Positions 15,513 to 26,841 of a stretch of 64,000 bases of DNA are shown here, one piece after another. The stretch is from Macrostomum lignano (Eukaryota), in contig NIVC01001205.1 of the NCBI GenBank assembly GCA_002269645.1, positions 124,001 through 188,000 on the forward strand, read 5' to 3'. Made by a program: the position numbers and the translations under genes. The notes beneath the pieces were generated by a model. It made no database searches. It was not told the DNA's origin and was given only the letters and a program-made list of their open reading frames with translations. Within the stretch, counting starts at the first letter, position 1. Each line of letters starts with the position of its first letter.

Positions 15513-18500
15513 TCGAAGTTATCAGTGAATTTGTACCACTTATATAATTCAACACTCACACCAAGTCAGGTAGAGTAAAAAGTCACGCGAAGCAGTTATG
15601 ACATAATCAATTTCTTAGGCAAGTCAGTACCAGTGTCTATGAAAGTTAACAATATGGTTACGTAATATAAATTCAGTACTGCACTATACTTTCACCCTCA
15701 AAGCTGTGACGCAATTCAATTGAGTGTCAAATTCAGCCAGTACACAGACGATAAATAAAGTGTATTGTGATGCAATCTATTTCAGAATCAGAATTCAACC
15801 AGTCAGTTTTTTCTCTAGCATTCTTACAATGCATTTCAGGTCGAAAGAGCTGCTTGACCTTTGCAAAAAATCATGTTTTTCGAATATTTAATCCCTTTAA
15901 CATTGAGCAATTTCTTAGCCAATATGCATGTACCGTCCCGGGAAAATTTCTGATCGAATGGTGCAAGTTTGAAGAAAATCGGTTGAGCCGTTCGGGAGAA
16001 AATCAATTACAAGCAAGCAACCAAGCATTTCATTTTTAGTATATTAGATTTCTCATCGGATAAGCTATCGGAAACTTTGATGTCGCACAGCAGAGTGTCA
16101 GAATGTATCGATGACCTCCTTTGGACGGTTGCGCAATCGGTCCGATCACATCCATGTAAAGTCTTCAAAAAACTTTGCAGACTGGAAAACTCTGCACTGG
16201 CACTTGCTGTTTTCGTCGTGACTTGCTCTCTAGGCAGGTTCGGCATTTGCTGACGTAGGTCTCAATGGCTCGGACTAAACCTGTTTGCCAGAATCTTTCG
16301 CGCACACGTTGGGCGGTCTTTCGCTGTCCTTGGTGTCCTGCTAAAGGCGAATTGTGGAGCTCGTTAAAAACTTCGTCGTCGAGTGCTTCCGGTAAGACAA
16401 TCTTCGGTGGAGTGTCTTTTTCCTTCATGTTGATCATGAGTATATCTCGCTCGAGGAATAGTAACTCGTAGTATTCTAGCAGATTCCGTTGCTCTCTGCT
16501 AAGTCGTAATCGATCGTCAAACGCTGGTTTCGGTTGATCCTCCTTGATCAACTTGTAAACGTAGCCAATAGCTGGGTCATCCTGTTGAGCTTTGATAAGC
16601 TTGTCGCGCGGCAATGGCGGATTCAGATGATCCGTAAGCAATGCTCGGCAGCGCGGCAGACTTTGAGAAGTTGCGAGCTGGGGAGATGCTTCAGCTGTAC
16701 GTACTCTGTCTTCCTCGTATGCAGACTTCGTCACCTCTGCATAGGAACGCCTCAGTTTCGGCGTAGGACGAAGGCGCGTCATGGCGCAAGACATATCGTC
16801 CACGTGTTGATAATGGGTGGTCGACTGCAGGCTCATGGAAGAGCAACGAGACGGCTCGACCTGCTGAGTCTGTCGGCTCATGGAAGAGCAGCGGGACTCT
16901 TCATCGGTAAATTTTCGACCGAGATCTGAGCAGTGGCGGTCGACTGGGAGGGCTGCTGGAGCGGTGGCCTCCGAATCTTCGTCCAAGTCAGTCTCCAAAC
17001 TCTGTAGGTAGACCTGATGGCTGTGGTTGGAGAGGGCTGAGGGTACAGTGGCCTCTTGAACTTCATCCAGGCTGGTCTCCTTGAAGTGACGGCGAGCGTG
17101 GGTGGCTGGGCACAGGGCTGCTGGTGCGGTGGCCTCTGCGTCTCCATCCAAGCTTACTGTTTCCTGGCGTTGGCGCGAGCAGTGGAGAACTCGGCAGAGG
17201 GCTGCTGGTGCGGTGGCCTCTGGTTCGTTGTCCAAGTCGGTCTCTGCCTCTGGATCGCGATTGTGGGTCTCGATTGAGAGGGCTGCTGGTGCGGTGGCCT
17301 CTGAATCGATGCCCGGATCAGTTTCCTTAATGCGGCGACACTCACGCTGAGTGGTGTCTCCTGTCTCCTCGCGGTGGCAAGCCAGGACAGCGTCGACGTC
17401 CTGGAGTACTCCGTAATCGCATTCTAACGGAGGCGTGTCCGGGCGTCTTGATAGCGCGTCGGCGTTGGTGTGGTCAGTACCCTTGCGATAGGAGATGGTA
17501 AACTTAAATTCGCTGATCCTCTGGACCCATCGACCTAGAAAATGCCTGTAGATTCAGTCTGACGTAACAGCCAGAGCAAGGCCTTATGGTCACTTCTTAC
17601 TTCAAACTTCTTTCCTATTAAGTATTCTAGAAAGTGTCGCATGGCATCGACAATAGCCAGTAGCTCCCGCTTGGTGACCGTGTAGCGAACTTCCGGGTCA
17701 CGGAGCTTTCGACTGAAAAATGCAATCGGTCGTTCTATTCCATCGGATTGTAGTTGTCCTAGACATGCACCGATTCGGGTGTCGGATGCATCGGTATCCA
17801 GGATAAACTTGACCTTCGGATCCTCATTGAACTCTGGGAGGGCGAGTACTTCAGTTGAGCATAGCTTGCTCTTCAGAGTCTAAAAGGCAGTCTGATGCTG
17901 CTGCGTCCAATGACGCTGGAATCCTTGCAGGTCCTTGAGTGTCAATGCGTGTAACGGGGCAGCAATGCCTGAGTAATCCTCGACGGACTTCTTGTAGTAA
18001 TTGGCTAGACCAAGAAAGCTTCGTAGTTTACGAAAAGTCCGAGGCATTGGCCAACTGCGTATCTGCTCAATCTTGTCTTCACTAGTTCGTAGGCCTTCCG
18101 GTGTAATCACGTGGCCTAGATAATGGAGCTCCTTCTTGAATAAATGGCATTTCTTCGGTTTTAGCTTCAAGTTGGCGGCTATAATTCGATTTAGGACTTA
18201 TCGGAGACGATCTAAGTGATCTTCGAATGTCACTGCGTGTACAACGATATCGTCCATGTAACCAAGAGCGGGCTGTGGTGCTATTCCATCAAGCAGTTGG
18301 TTGATACAACGCTGGAACGATCCGGGGCTGTCGGTGAGTCCCATTGGTAGCACCTTGAAGCAGAATTGTCCACGATCGAGCACGGAGAAGGCAGTGATGT
18401 CCTGGTCTTCCTCACGGAGAGGGATCTGGTAGAAGCCTTGTACCAGGTCGAGGCTTGAGTACCACTGCGCTCCTTTGAGTTTGGCGAAAGTTTCCTGAAT

Positions 18501-21097
18501 GTGCGGGATCGGGTACGGGTGCTTTAGCGTCACATCGTTGATCGCTCTGAAGTCGTGCACAATGCGAATCGTTCTGTCCTTCTTTGGTACTAGGATCATC
18601 GGCGAATTGTAACTGGAGTACGTTGGCCGAATGATGCCTTTCTTCAGCATATCGTCGAGCATCTGATCCAGTTGCGGTCGTAGATGCGGAAGTATCCGGC
18701 GAGGAAGAATCGCGATTGGCGTCGAGTCTTTGAGCACAATCTCATGAGTTACCAGGTGAGTCAATCCGTGGTCCAACGGAGTTAGGGAGAATGCCTTCTT
18801 GCATTCCTTGAGTAATTCTTGAACCTGGTTCCTCTGGTGGCTGTTCAGCTGGTCTCCAATGTCGACCTCATTGATCCAACTGTCAGTTGTTTCTTCTGTC
18901 GTTTTCACTCTACGGACTTCCGGCTCATTCGACTCGCTGAAGTACTCGAGGTCCTGGGTCTTGAGTGGCGTGGCTACTCCCAATAGCATGTTGCGACGCA
19001 AGCGAACCTGTGTCTGATGGGTTGAGTACTTCCATTACTCCTCGACCTTCTGTCATCGTATGCAGGACCGGGGCTGCGTCTAACTGGTGATGCTTCGCTC
19101 GCAGTCCTTATTTGAGCGGTTCGATAATCATCGGTGAACCGTAGTTCTGCTGATGACCTTCGGCTAGTTTAATGGCGACGAGGCAGGAACATTGAGGCGG
19201 CAGAGTGCATTTTTCAGCGACGTACACTCGGCGGGCCTTCAGTTCTCTCCTTGAATAGCGTACCGGAAGTCGGGTGCCTTGTCGGAATGTAAGCATTCCT
19301 TGCTGGAAGTCCAGTCCTTGGCAATGACTCCGCATAAAATCAATTCCTAAAAGATTTTCACAGTCTCCTTCGGCGACGAAGAATTCGGTTTCCGCGACAT
19401 AGTCCCCGAATTCGATTGATAGGATAACCTTAGCGGCGAGACTTAACTCAGTCCCGTCGTACATAGCGACTCGGTTAGGATAAGCAGGTGCGACTATACA
19501 ACGTAGTGAACGACGCCTAATGGCGGCCCAAGTGGACGCTCCGAGGAAGTTCTTCTGCTTCCGCTGTCTAGCAGAAAGGCGACCTCTCGTCGAGCCACTC
19601 GTCCTGTAATAAATGGATCGGCGTCACGCGCATGGACAGTATTTACAAAGGAGGTGTCCACGAAACCTCCATCCAACGTTTCCTCGTTTACTGACGACTC
19701 GGACGAGTCAGCTGCCGCGGCTGCGGGGCCATACTCTTCCGGGGTGTGTTCGGTGTCGGCTGCATAACCTGGGCTGGAGCTCGGGGGGCGTTGCCGTTTA
19801 CGTCCTCCGGCCGGCCGTTTCCCGTAAACTGCTGAGTTGATTGAGGTTTGTGCGGACAATCTCTCGCCTTGTGTCCTTCTTGATGACACTCGTAGCACGT
19901 GTAGTGCGGCGGTCGGTTCGCTTGACCGATCACTTGATTGGCTGTGACTTGCTGTGCCAATGTGTTGAGTAGATGCTGCTGCTGCTGCATCATTGCAGCT
20001 TGTTCAACGACTTTTTCCAACTTCGAGAGGGCGCTGTTGTTGGGCTCCTTTGAGGCTTGTCCCTCCCCGTCCAACATTCTGACCGGGGGCTCTTTCGAAC
20101 GATGAGCCAGGTCTTTGGCTAGTTCCATTCTCTTCAGTGCTCGCAAGGCTTCGCTGAGTGTCGTAGGTTGGATCCAGAAAAGTTTCTCGCGGCAGTCTGA
20201 TAACGTGCGGATCCCGCGCAGGAACTGGTCCATCAGTTCTTGCTCTAGATGGCGAGGCTCGAGCCAAGGGAAGGCTTGCTCTCCTAGCTCCTGCAGAGCA
20301 TCGGCGTAATCTTCCGTTGATTCGTTCCTGCGCTGGCTGCGGCCTCTGAATTCTTCTCGATATTCGTCTGGTCCAGAGAGTCGTGCAAATCTCTCTATTA
20401 GTCGTTGCTGAAGCTGTCGATAGCTGATGCGGTCGGGCAGCCTAATGCGAAGTACCGCGGCGTAGGCTGAATTTAAGTCTAAATTCGCCAGCAATTGGGC
20501 CTTTCTGTCGTCTTCATCCTGTAGATCTTCTGCCTCGCATCGCAGGTCGAAAGCCTTTAACCAAACGCGGATGTCCTGCAATGGCGTATAGCTCTTCATC
20601 TTGACTTGCTTCTTAGGCTGTAGATCGAGCTGACGTTGCATTGCCTGCAGCATCCTGCGGATCATGTCCGGGTTGGTGTCGCGTCCGAGGTTCTTGAGTC
20701 CTGATAATAGATCTTCTTCCTCTTCTCCTGAGTCATCCCTAAATTTAAATCCTCAACCGCATGGTACAGGTTTACCTGCAGCAGCTGCGGCGGAGTTTCC
20801 GTTGTCCTGACGCGTGTGCTGTTGATCACCGATGAAATCTTCTCGATCGCTGTCATGAGACATCTTGGTGGTGACCTAGTCGTTGTAGGCGTGACTGATG
20901 ACGTTGCCGAAAGGGTGATAGTTGAGTAACGTTGACGTCGATTCGGTGACGTTCTCCTGCTTGCTTGTTGTATCCCGAATCTCGAATCTCGTGTCTCGGA
21001 TCTCGAATCCTCTGTCTCGAATCTCGAATGTCGTATCCCGAATCTCGTATCCCAAATCTCGAATCTCACCGCTGTGCCACCATTGAAGTACTCCTTT

Positions 21098-21116
21098 AAT
21101 CCCACCGCTGCCACCA
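21098..21116 (-). promoter_or_regulatory. Primer-binding site complementary to tRNA-Leu 3' end
   Basis: TGGTGGCAGCGGTGGGATT is the exact complement of the metazoan tRNA-Leu(AAG/TAG) 3' end AATCCCACCGCTGCCACCA, recalled from established tRNA sequences. Confidence 0.85.
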
Positions 21117-21117
21117 G

Positions 21118-22062
21118 TGAATTACTACTCCTTCTCGGGTTCTTGAAGATGTTTCTAGAAATAGAACCCGCTGCTCCTGAAGTAGCTAGATAGCACCGTT
21201 GTACTACCTATCGATTTGCCTGATAATGAACCTAAAACGTTAGCCTTGACTTGGTAGGGTTGCTGCCACCTTGATGTGCGGACTCGACGCGTCGGCAGAG
21301 TTGTCTATCCGTCACCTGAAATAAAATAACGAAGTCGCTCGGAGCAAAGGCAAATCTGAAAAATGTCTCGACAGTCGATCGTCTTGGTAAATGCTGCTCG
21401 AACCTGAAAACCTGAAAAACCTGAAATGAGAGAGGAGAGCTCGGAAAAGGCTTTACGAGTCAGCCACGATGCTCCGCGAGACGACGCAGTCTGGAGAAAA
21501 ATGGCTCCCAGATGCTTCGTATTTATAGCCGAGCGGACCCCCAAAAGTCACGTGAGTTTCATGCGGTGAGCGCGTGAAACTTCCTTATTTGGTCACAAAA
21601 ATCATGCAAGCGACGCGTGATTCGAGGCCAACTTCCAAATAAGGCAACCCTGTCACGCAGCAGTGGCGGACTCAAGGTCAGTGGCCACGCACAGTGTGCG
21701 TGCACAGGCACGTGCTTTTCTGTGCTAAAAATAGAACATGGGCGGATGAGTCATCCTGTTTACTCCCTCTAGGCAGCCATTACACTCCGCGCAGGTGATG
21801 AGTCATGCTGCTACGCCTCCTTAGCGCGAGTGGGAAGACATTGAGTGTGGCTGCCCGCGCCTGCTCAGGCGATGAGTCATCGGGCAGTAAACACTTAGGC
21901 CCAGCACAGGGTATCTCTCTCACTAGATCAGGTGGACTGAGCTACTGTGCAGCGGACCACAGCACTCTTAGGGAAAGCTAGTGAATGCTGCTGAATAACC
22001 AGTTAGCAGCCAGTCACTACAAATACTTATAATCTTCCATAAATATCTAGGCCTATGTTACA
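21118..22062 (-). repeat. 5' LTR of second Gypsy element (distal boundary uncertain, about 22021 or 22062)
   Basis: Ends in CA one nt before the PBS, TATAAATA at 21527-21520, candidate TG starts at 22021 or 22062. No second LTR is available for confirmation. Confidence 0.55.
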
Positions 22063-22629
22063 AATATAACATAGTATAGGCCTAAGTAAGTAGACATAGA
22101 TAGTCTTCTTTAGTTAGGTAGGCCTAACCTTAGATAGCCTAGCCACTACAATTGATAAATTTATGATTTAACCAAATTAACCAACAAGCTGATAATAGGT
22201 AACAAGTCATGTCATTAATTTATAAATTTCATTCAGCCTACTATACGCGGCGCGGGTAGTTTAACGTGCAGTGAAACTTTCCTAACTTAGCTTTGTTCAA
22301 TACAAAGCTGCTTCTATGAGCATAACAAATAAAATATAAAAATGGTTAACTTCGTAATTTTTGTACTTTGTGCGCTTCAATTATAGTACAGTAGCTTCAT
22401 TATTTTTTTCTTGATAGTTTTCTTTACAAAATTGCTAAATTCAGTCGCCAAACCACACCACACTAAAATTGCAATTCCTGCAATCTAATGCTAAACATTT
22501 TCTACTTTTAGTAATGTAGACTGCTCCTTACGATAAATATAAAAATTGCAATAGTCTTGCGCAATCGTAATGCACTTCTTTCAATCACTTCATAAGAAAA
22601 TTACAATTGTCATAATTTAGTCAATCTAA

Positions 22630-23209
22630 TTGCAATTTCTCCCAATTTTCACGCAATCTGGGTGACTAGAGTGAAGCTGCGCCCGTTTGAAAAATTTGAT
22701 TTAAAGCAGACCAAACAGAAGCTACAGACCAGAAATCGGTTTTGCAAACTATTCCTAAGCCGACCAACAATGCTAAAGACAATTTATTCAAACGCTAAAA
22801 TCTAACTTTATCCAGCAGGAAAACTAACTAGAATGGCTGTAAATCAAATTCTTCGATAGTCTCAGTTTTACGATTTATCAACGACACTATTAATTGTGTA
22901 GATTTTGATTCAGTAAAAATTCAGAGCAGTACCTATGCCGGCTTTATTGGTCATCTTTGGCCAAAATTCGGTTTCTCTAGTCTAAAAAGATATGCAGGCT
23001 ACTATTCGAATTATCTGGTTGGATACGACGCAGAAAATTTCCCACAAGCAGTTTCTGTTAGATCAGCATCAGAACCAAGGCTTTTTTGTAACATATTTTT
23101 TTCGAAAAAGTTTGGTATTATGGGCGTTCAAAACACTCATGAATTGAATAATATTCTTAACCATGTCAAGGATTTTTTATCTCTGTTAATAACTAAACTT
23201 AACAAGTAA
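22630..23209 (+). pseudogene. TBP-fold (TATA-binding protein-like) gene with two nonsense codons and one frameshift
   Basis: Hand translation. Repeat 1: PNFHAIWVTRVKL..EKFDLKQTKQKL..RNRFCKLFLSRPTMLKTIYSNAKI*LYPAGK. Repeat 2: VDFDSVKIQSSTYAG...GYDAENFPQAV...RLFCNIFFSKKFGIMGVQNTHELNNILNHVKDFL. Compare TBP KLDLKTIA..KRFAAV..ALIFSSGK and FLDFKIQN..YEPELFPGL..LLIFVSGKVVLTG. Stops at 22803 and 22857, frameshift near 22870. Confidence 0.7.
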
Positions 23210-23405
23210 ACAATTGCTGTCTAATCGCAGTTGCGATGCATTATTTTACAAACATTTTGTCTTGTTTTTTCATTTATTTACCAATTGTTTTCTAATAGTA
23301 AACGTGTCAGCTATACCTATAACTCATTTTTCTTACAGCCGCAAATGACAAACCGGATCATCTATTAGTATTATGCTCGATACGCTCGTTGAGTGCACTA
23401 GCTAG

Positions 23406-24157
23406 GTGCACAAAATGCCGCGTGCACAATGCCAAATCTACAGAAAAAAGTTCAGTAATCAAGCCGAGCTGCATGCTCACTCGCATTGTGATTGTTTTTC
23501 GCCGCAACGGTTACTGACCGGATCGCTGCAAAATCTGATCGGAAAACCACCAGATGTGTGGTCCATCGCTTTTCGCGAGTCAGCTTATCTTGGTCGGGTA
23601 AATTTTGTCGAATTTACTCCCACTCTTAAACAACAAGACAACAGCTCTGGCGAGTTGATTGCGTCTTTAAGAGAACAATATTTTAAATATTAGAAAAAAT
23701 TGGTTCACGCAGTTTATTAATAAGACTCGGCTTTCACTTGAAAGTGAAACTATTTCGACCGAAAGCAGCAGCAGACGACTACAATGGCTCGAACAGCGAA
23801 GAGATCATTTCGGTCTATTTGAATACCAACATTGCGACAATATCATTTGATGAGACGATTGCAAACAGTGACATGCTGTTATCTCCCGAGGCCTACAATG
23901 ACTGGTTCGCACGCGTTATTAATCAGTTGTTAATAAAAATTGACAATTTTCAATCTCGAGGTAGTAATTGGCAATATAGAGCAATCAAGCAGCTAGACTT
24001 GATGCTCTGCGTTTATCGCAAAAGCCATGCAAGTAAACTGTCAACAAATACGTCCCACGGTGGTGTGGGGGCGAGCGGCGGCAGTGGTGGTGGTGGTGGC
24101 GGCGGCGGTGGCGGCGGCAGCGGTGGTGGCGGTGGCGGCGGCGGCGGCGGCGGCAGC

Positions 24158-24189
<32 letters not shown>

Positions 24190-25353
24190 GCGCGGGGAGT
24201 CCGGTCCTGTCCGATTAAACAGCGAGTGTTTAAAGTTCCAGTCTCAATCGGGCGCAAAGCTGGAGCAGTACTGCTTCTAAAGCCGCACAGAGCAAATCAG
24301 TACGACTGTTTTCGCTACTCAATATTGGCGAGTATATTTCATCCTTGTGTGCAATATGCGAAAAGGAAAGACATTTATGTGCAATGGATGAGAGAATTTA
24401 ATTTTGGTCGACATGCTAATGGGCCAGCTCGCCATTCAAGTAGATCGTACAAACTGCCGACGCAATCCGAGAGTTAGTTTACGAGTATTTGTGTGGGATC
24501 AAGAGACCAAGACGAGCACATTATTTTACTCGCACAAAAGCAAATATGATGGCGATCGTTATTTTGCAAGCTGCCTGTTTGTGCCGCGGTATGACGATTT
24601 TGAATTTGGTCATTTTTTACCAATTCGCAATTTGAACCGGTACTTATTGAGCAAGCGAGGAAAACAGCGACGATATTGTCCGGAGTGCGCGGCTTCGTTT
24701 CCTTGCTCAACTTCGTGGGACTATATTCTCAAGGAGCATTGATGTGAAGGTGGTAACGTGTCATCATCGTCAGCTTCTAATATTGAATGGAGTTCGGATT
24801 TTGTGCCTCAATTCCGCGAGATTCGCCATCAATCGCAAGAAGAAATGCCGAAACCAGAAAACGCAATTTTGAAATTTAAATCAGACGAGGCAAAACTGCC
24901 TTCGTTGTATGTCTTGTACGCAGACATGGAATGTCTATGTGCATCTGCAACTAATGAAGCAAATGTAAAGAAGACTTGTAATTCGAAGCCGCTTGAAGTC
25001 CACGTACCAATTTGTTTGGCCTATCGTCTGATAACTTGCCAAGGTTTGCAATTGACACAAGACTGGATGCAGCAGTTTGAATGAACGACAAAAAACCTTG
25101 TGGAGTAATTTACTCGCAAACACATGGTGAGAATTGTGTTCGACTGTTTTTACGCAAACTTCAAACCATTGCCAGCGAGATTTGTCTGCATGCTCAGACT
25201 GAGACGTTTACTCCCTTGCTACATGAATATCTCAATATTAAATCCAACAAGAAGCTTCAGCAGACTTGTCAACTATGCAAGCGAGTATTTGACAAGACTG
25301 AGAAAACTGTGCTGGACCATTGTATCATTTTGGAGGGGTTTTTAGGGGTATAG
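23406..25353 (+). pseudogene. 5' part of Polinton/Maverick-type protein-primed DNA polymerase B (Zn finger, GSGW-type domain, ExoI, Endonuclease VII insert), decayed and truncated
   Basis: C2H2-like finger; F..RGSNW..I..L.L; DCFRYSILA; GHFLPIRNLNRY..YCPECAASF; LYADMEC (ExoI, cf. YADFE); HVPICL; GENCVRLFLRKL; CQLCKRVF..VLDHC..GFLG (EndoVII-like). Several frameshifts; polymerase palm absent. Confidence 0.8.
24058..24190 (+). repeat. (GGC/GGT)n trinucleotide expansion, in frame as poly-Gly/Ser
   Basis: About 44 codons of Gly with interspersed Ser inside the pPolB fragment. Confidence 0.95.
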
Positions 25354-25551
25354 CAATCAAGCCAGATTGTTGCACGCTTTGAATGTCTATGGCCGAAGCC
25401 AACGTCTGAGCTAACTACTTAATGCTATATTTAGCAGCTGTAACATTATAAAAACTTAATATGAAAAAACAAGTTTGTAACATTATAAAAACCTAATATG
25501 AACAAAACAATCAACGGATTTAGTATAAATCGGTCCAAGCTGTACGCCGGA

Positions 25552-26841
25552 TCAAGTCACGTTCGAAATATGTACGTGGATTTGGCAGTTTTTGAATGTG
25601 CCCGATATAGCTGTAGCCAACGTTTGCATCTCCATTCCAGCCTTGGTGGCTGTAGATGATTGCTGTCGCACATCGGTCTGAGCACTGGTCTCCGGTAGCA
25701 ACGCATCAGCCGGTACCTCTGAGCCGGGCGTCGGCAGACGCACCTCTTCGTGCGGGCTCTCTATCCTTGCGCTCTTTTCCTCGCCGATGGAACTGATCCT
25801 TACAGACAGCCCAGCCATCTTTCCGTCACGCTTTCTGCTGTTCCGAATGTACCTTTGTGCAGCTGTTTCAGTTTTGTGTCCCGTTACAGCGCTGATATCC
25901 CTCAGGGACACTCCAGCTGCACTCAACTCGGTTGCCAGGGTGACTCTTAGACAGTGGCCAGTATAAATCTTGCTCAAATTAGCCGCTTTGGAGATGCCAC
26001 TCATCATGTTCCCAAGAGTGTTGACGCCTACAACCTGCTTAGCAAAATACCACGACTCTGCAAAGCCGCGTACTCGGGGACGTATGAACACAACGGAGCT
26101 TGACACTCCCTCTTTTCTGTTGGCCTCTTCGATCTTGCTCATGTAAAGCTCAACACACTCGTAGGGGCATCATATTTCAAAGGTTTCGACAATCACACTC
26201 TGCTTCCTATCTTCTGAGGTCCGCGCTTCTAAACTTCCTCGAACAGTCTTGGTTTCCATTGATGCCAGCCTGAATTCGCGTCGCCCATTGATGTTGCATC
26301 TCTCAATAGAATCCGTAGTTAGCTTACGGAACCATTCGCGTCCACGCAAGCCAAACTGCAAGGCTAATACATAGTAGACATCCTGCTGCAAAATGGTCGG
26401 GCTACTTCGATCGAAGTAGCGGCGCAGCTTTTCTAGATCCTTTGTCTCCAAGGCGCAGAACTGTCTGACGGTGCCGCCTGATCTGATGCACATGGCGGCT
26501 GTAGCCTTCAATTGCATGTTGGCCTTTGCAAAGCGCGGATCCTCGATAATATTAACGTCACGGACACGCAGCAAATAGCGGAAAACACCAGCTCGATTGG
26601 TAATCAACGAAGCAGGGGCATAGAAGCCATCGTCAATTTTACAAACAAAAGCATAGAAGAATCGCAAGCCAGTGACTAACTGTTCGATATCGGCTGTATT
26701 CAGATCGCAGGCGTAGTTCTTGCTTGAAAGCACCTCGTTGAACTTACGAAGTGCCCACTTTTCTTGCAACAGAGCTGACTTTTTTATTAGAGGCAGGGGG
26801 GTTGTGAGCACCCTGGCGCACTTTAAGCGACATAGGCACAC
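25552..26841 (-). pseudogene. Crypton-type (DUF3504/KCTD1-ZMYM-like) tyrosine recombinase with one in-frame stop
   Basis: KWALRKF, LRFFY..CKIDDGFY.PASL..RAG..RYL, F.KAN, GLRGRE (R), YTGHCLR (HxxR), TGHK (H), QRY (Y). The two ORF-track pieces are in one frame, separated only by TGA at 26172-26170. The 5' start is unresolved. Confidence 0.88.

Larger units (their letters stand above)
13121..16048 (-). mobile_element. Non-autonomous Helitron
   Basis: The minus strand starts TCTAATATACTAAAAATG...ACGGCTCAACCGATTT and ends with hairpin GCTCCCCGAAGGGGGGC, 14 nt before terminal CTAG. It sits between A and T with no TSD, and its removal restores the integrase frame (ATG AGA AA|T CAG AAA GCT). Confidence 0.88.

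Noticed and set aside
13121-16048. Idea that the integrase pieces at 13120 and 16049 come from two different elements
   Set aside because: They join in frame across an A|T Helitron site, giving a consensus AYPMRNQKAKT.
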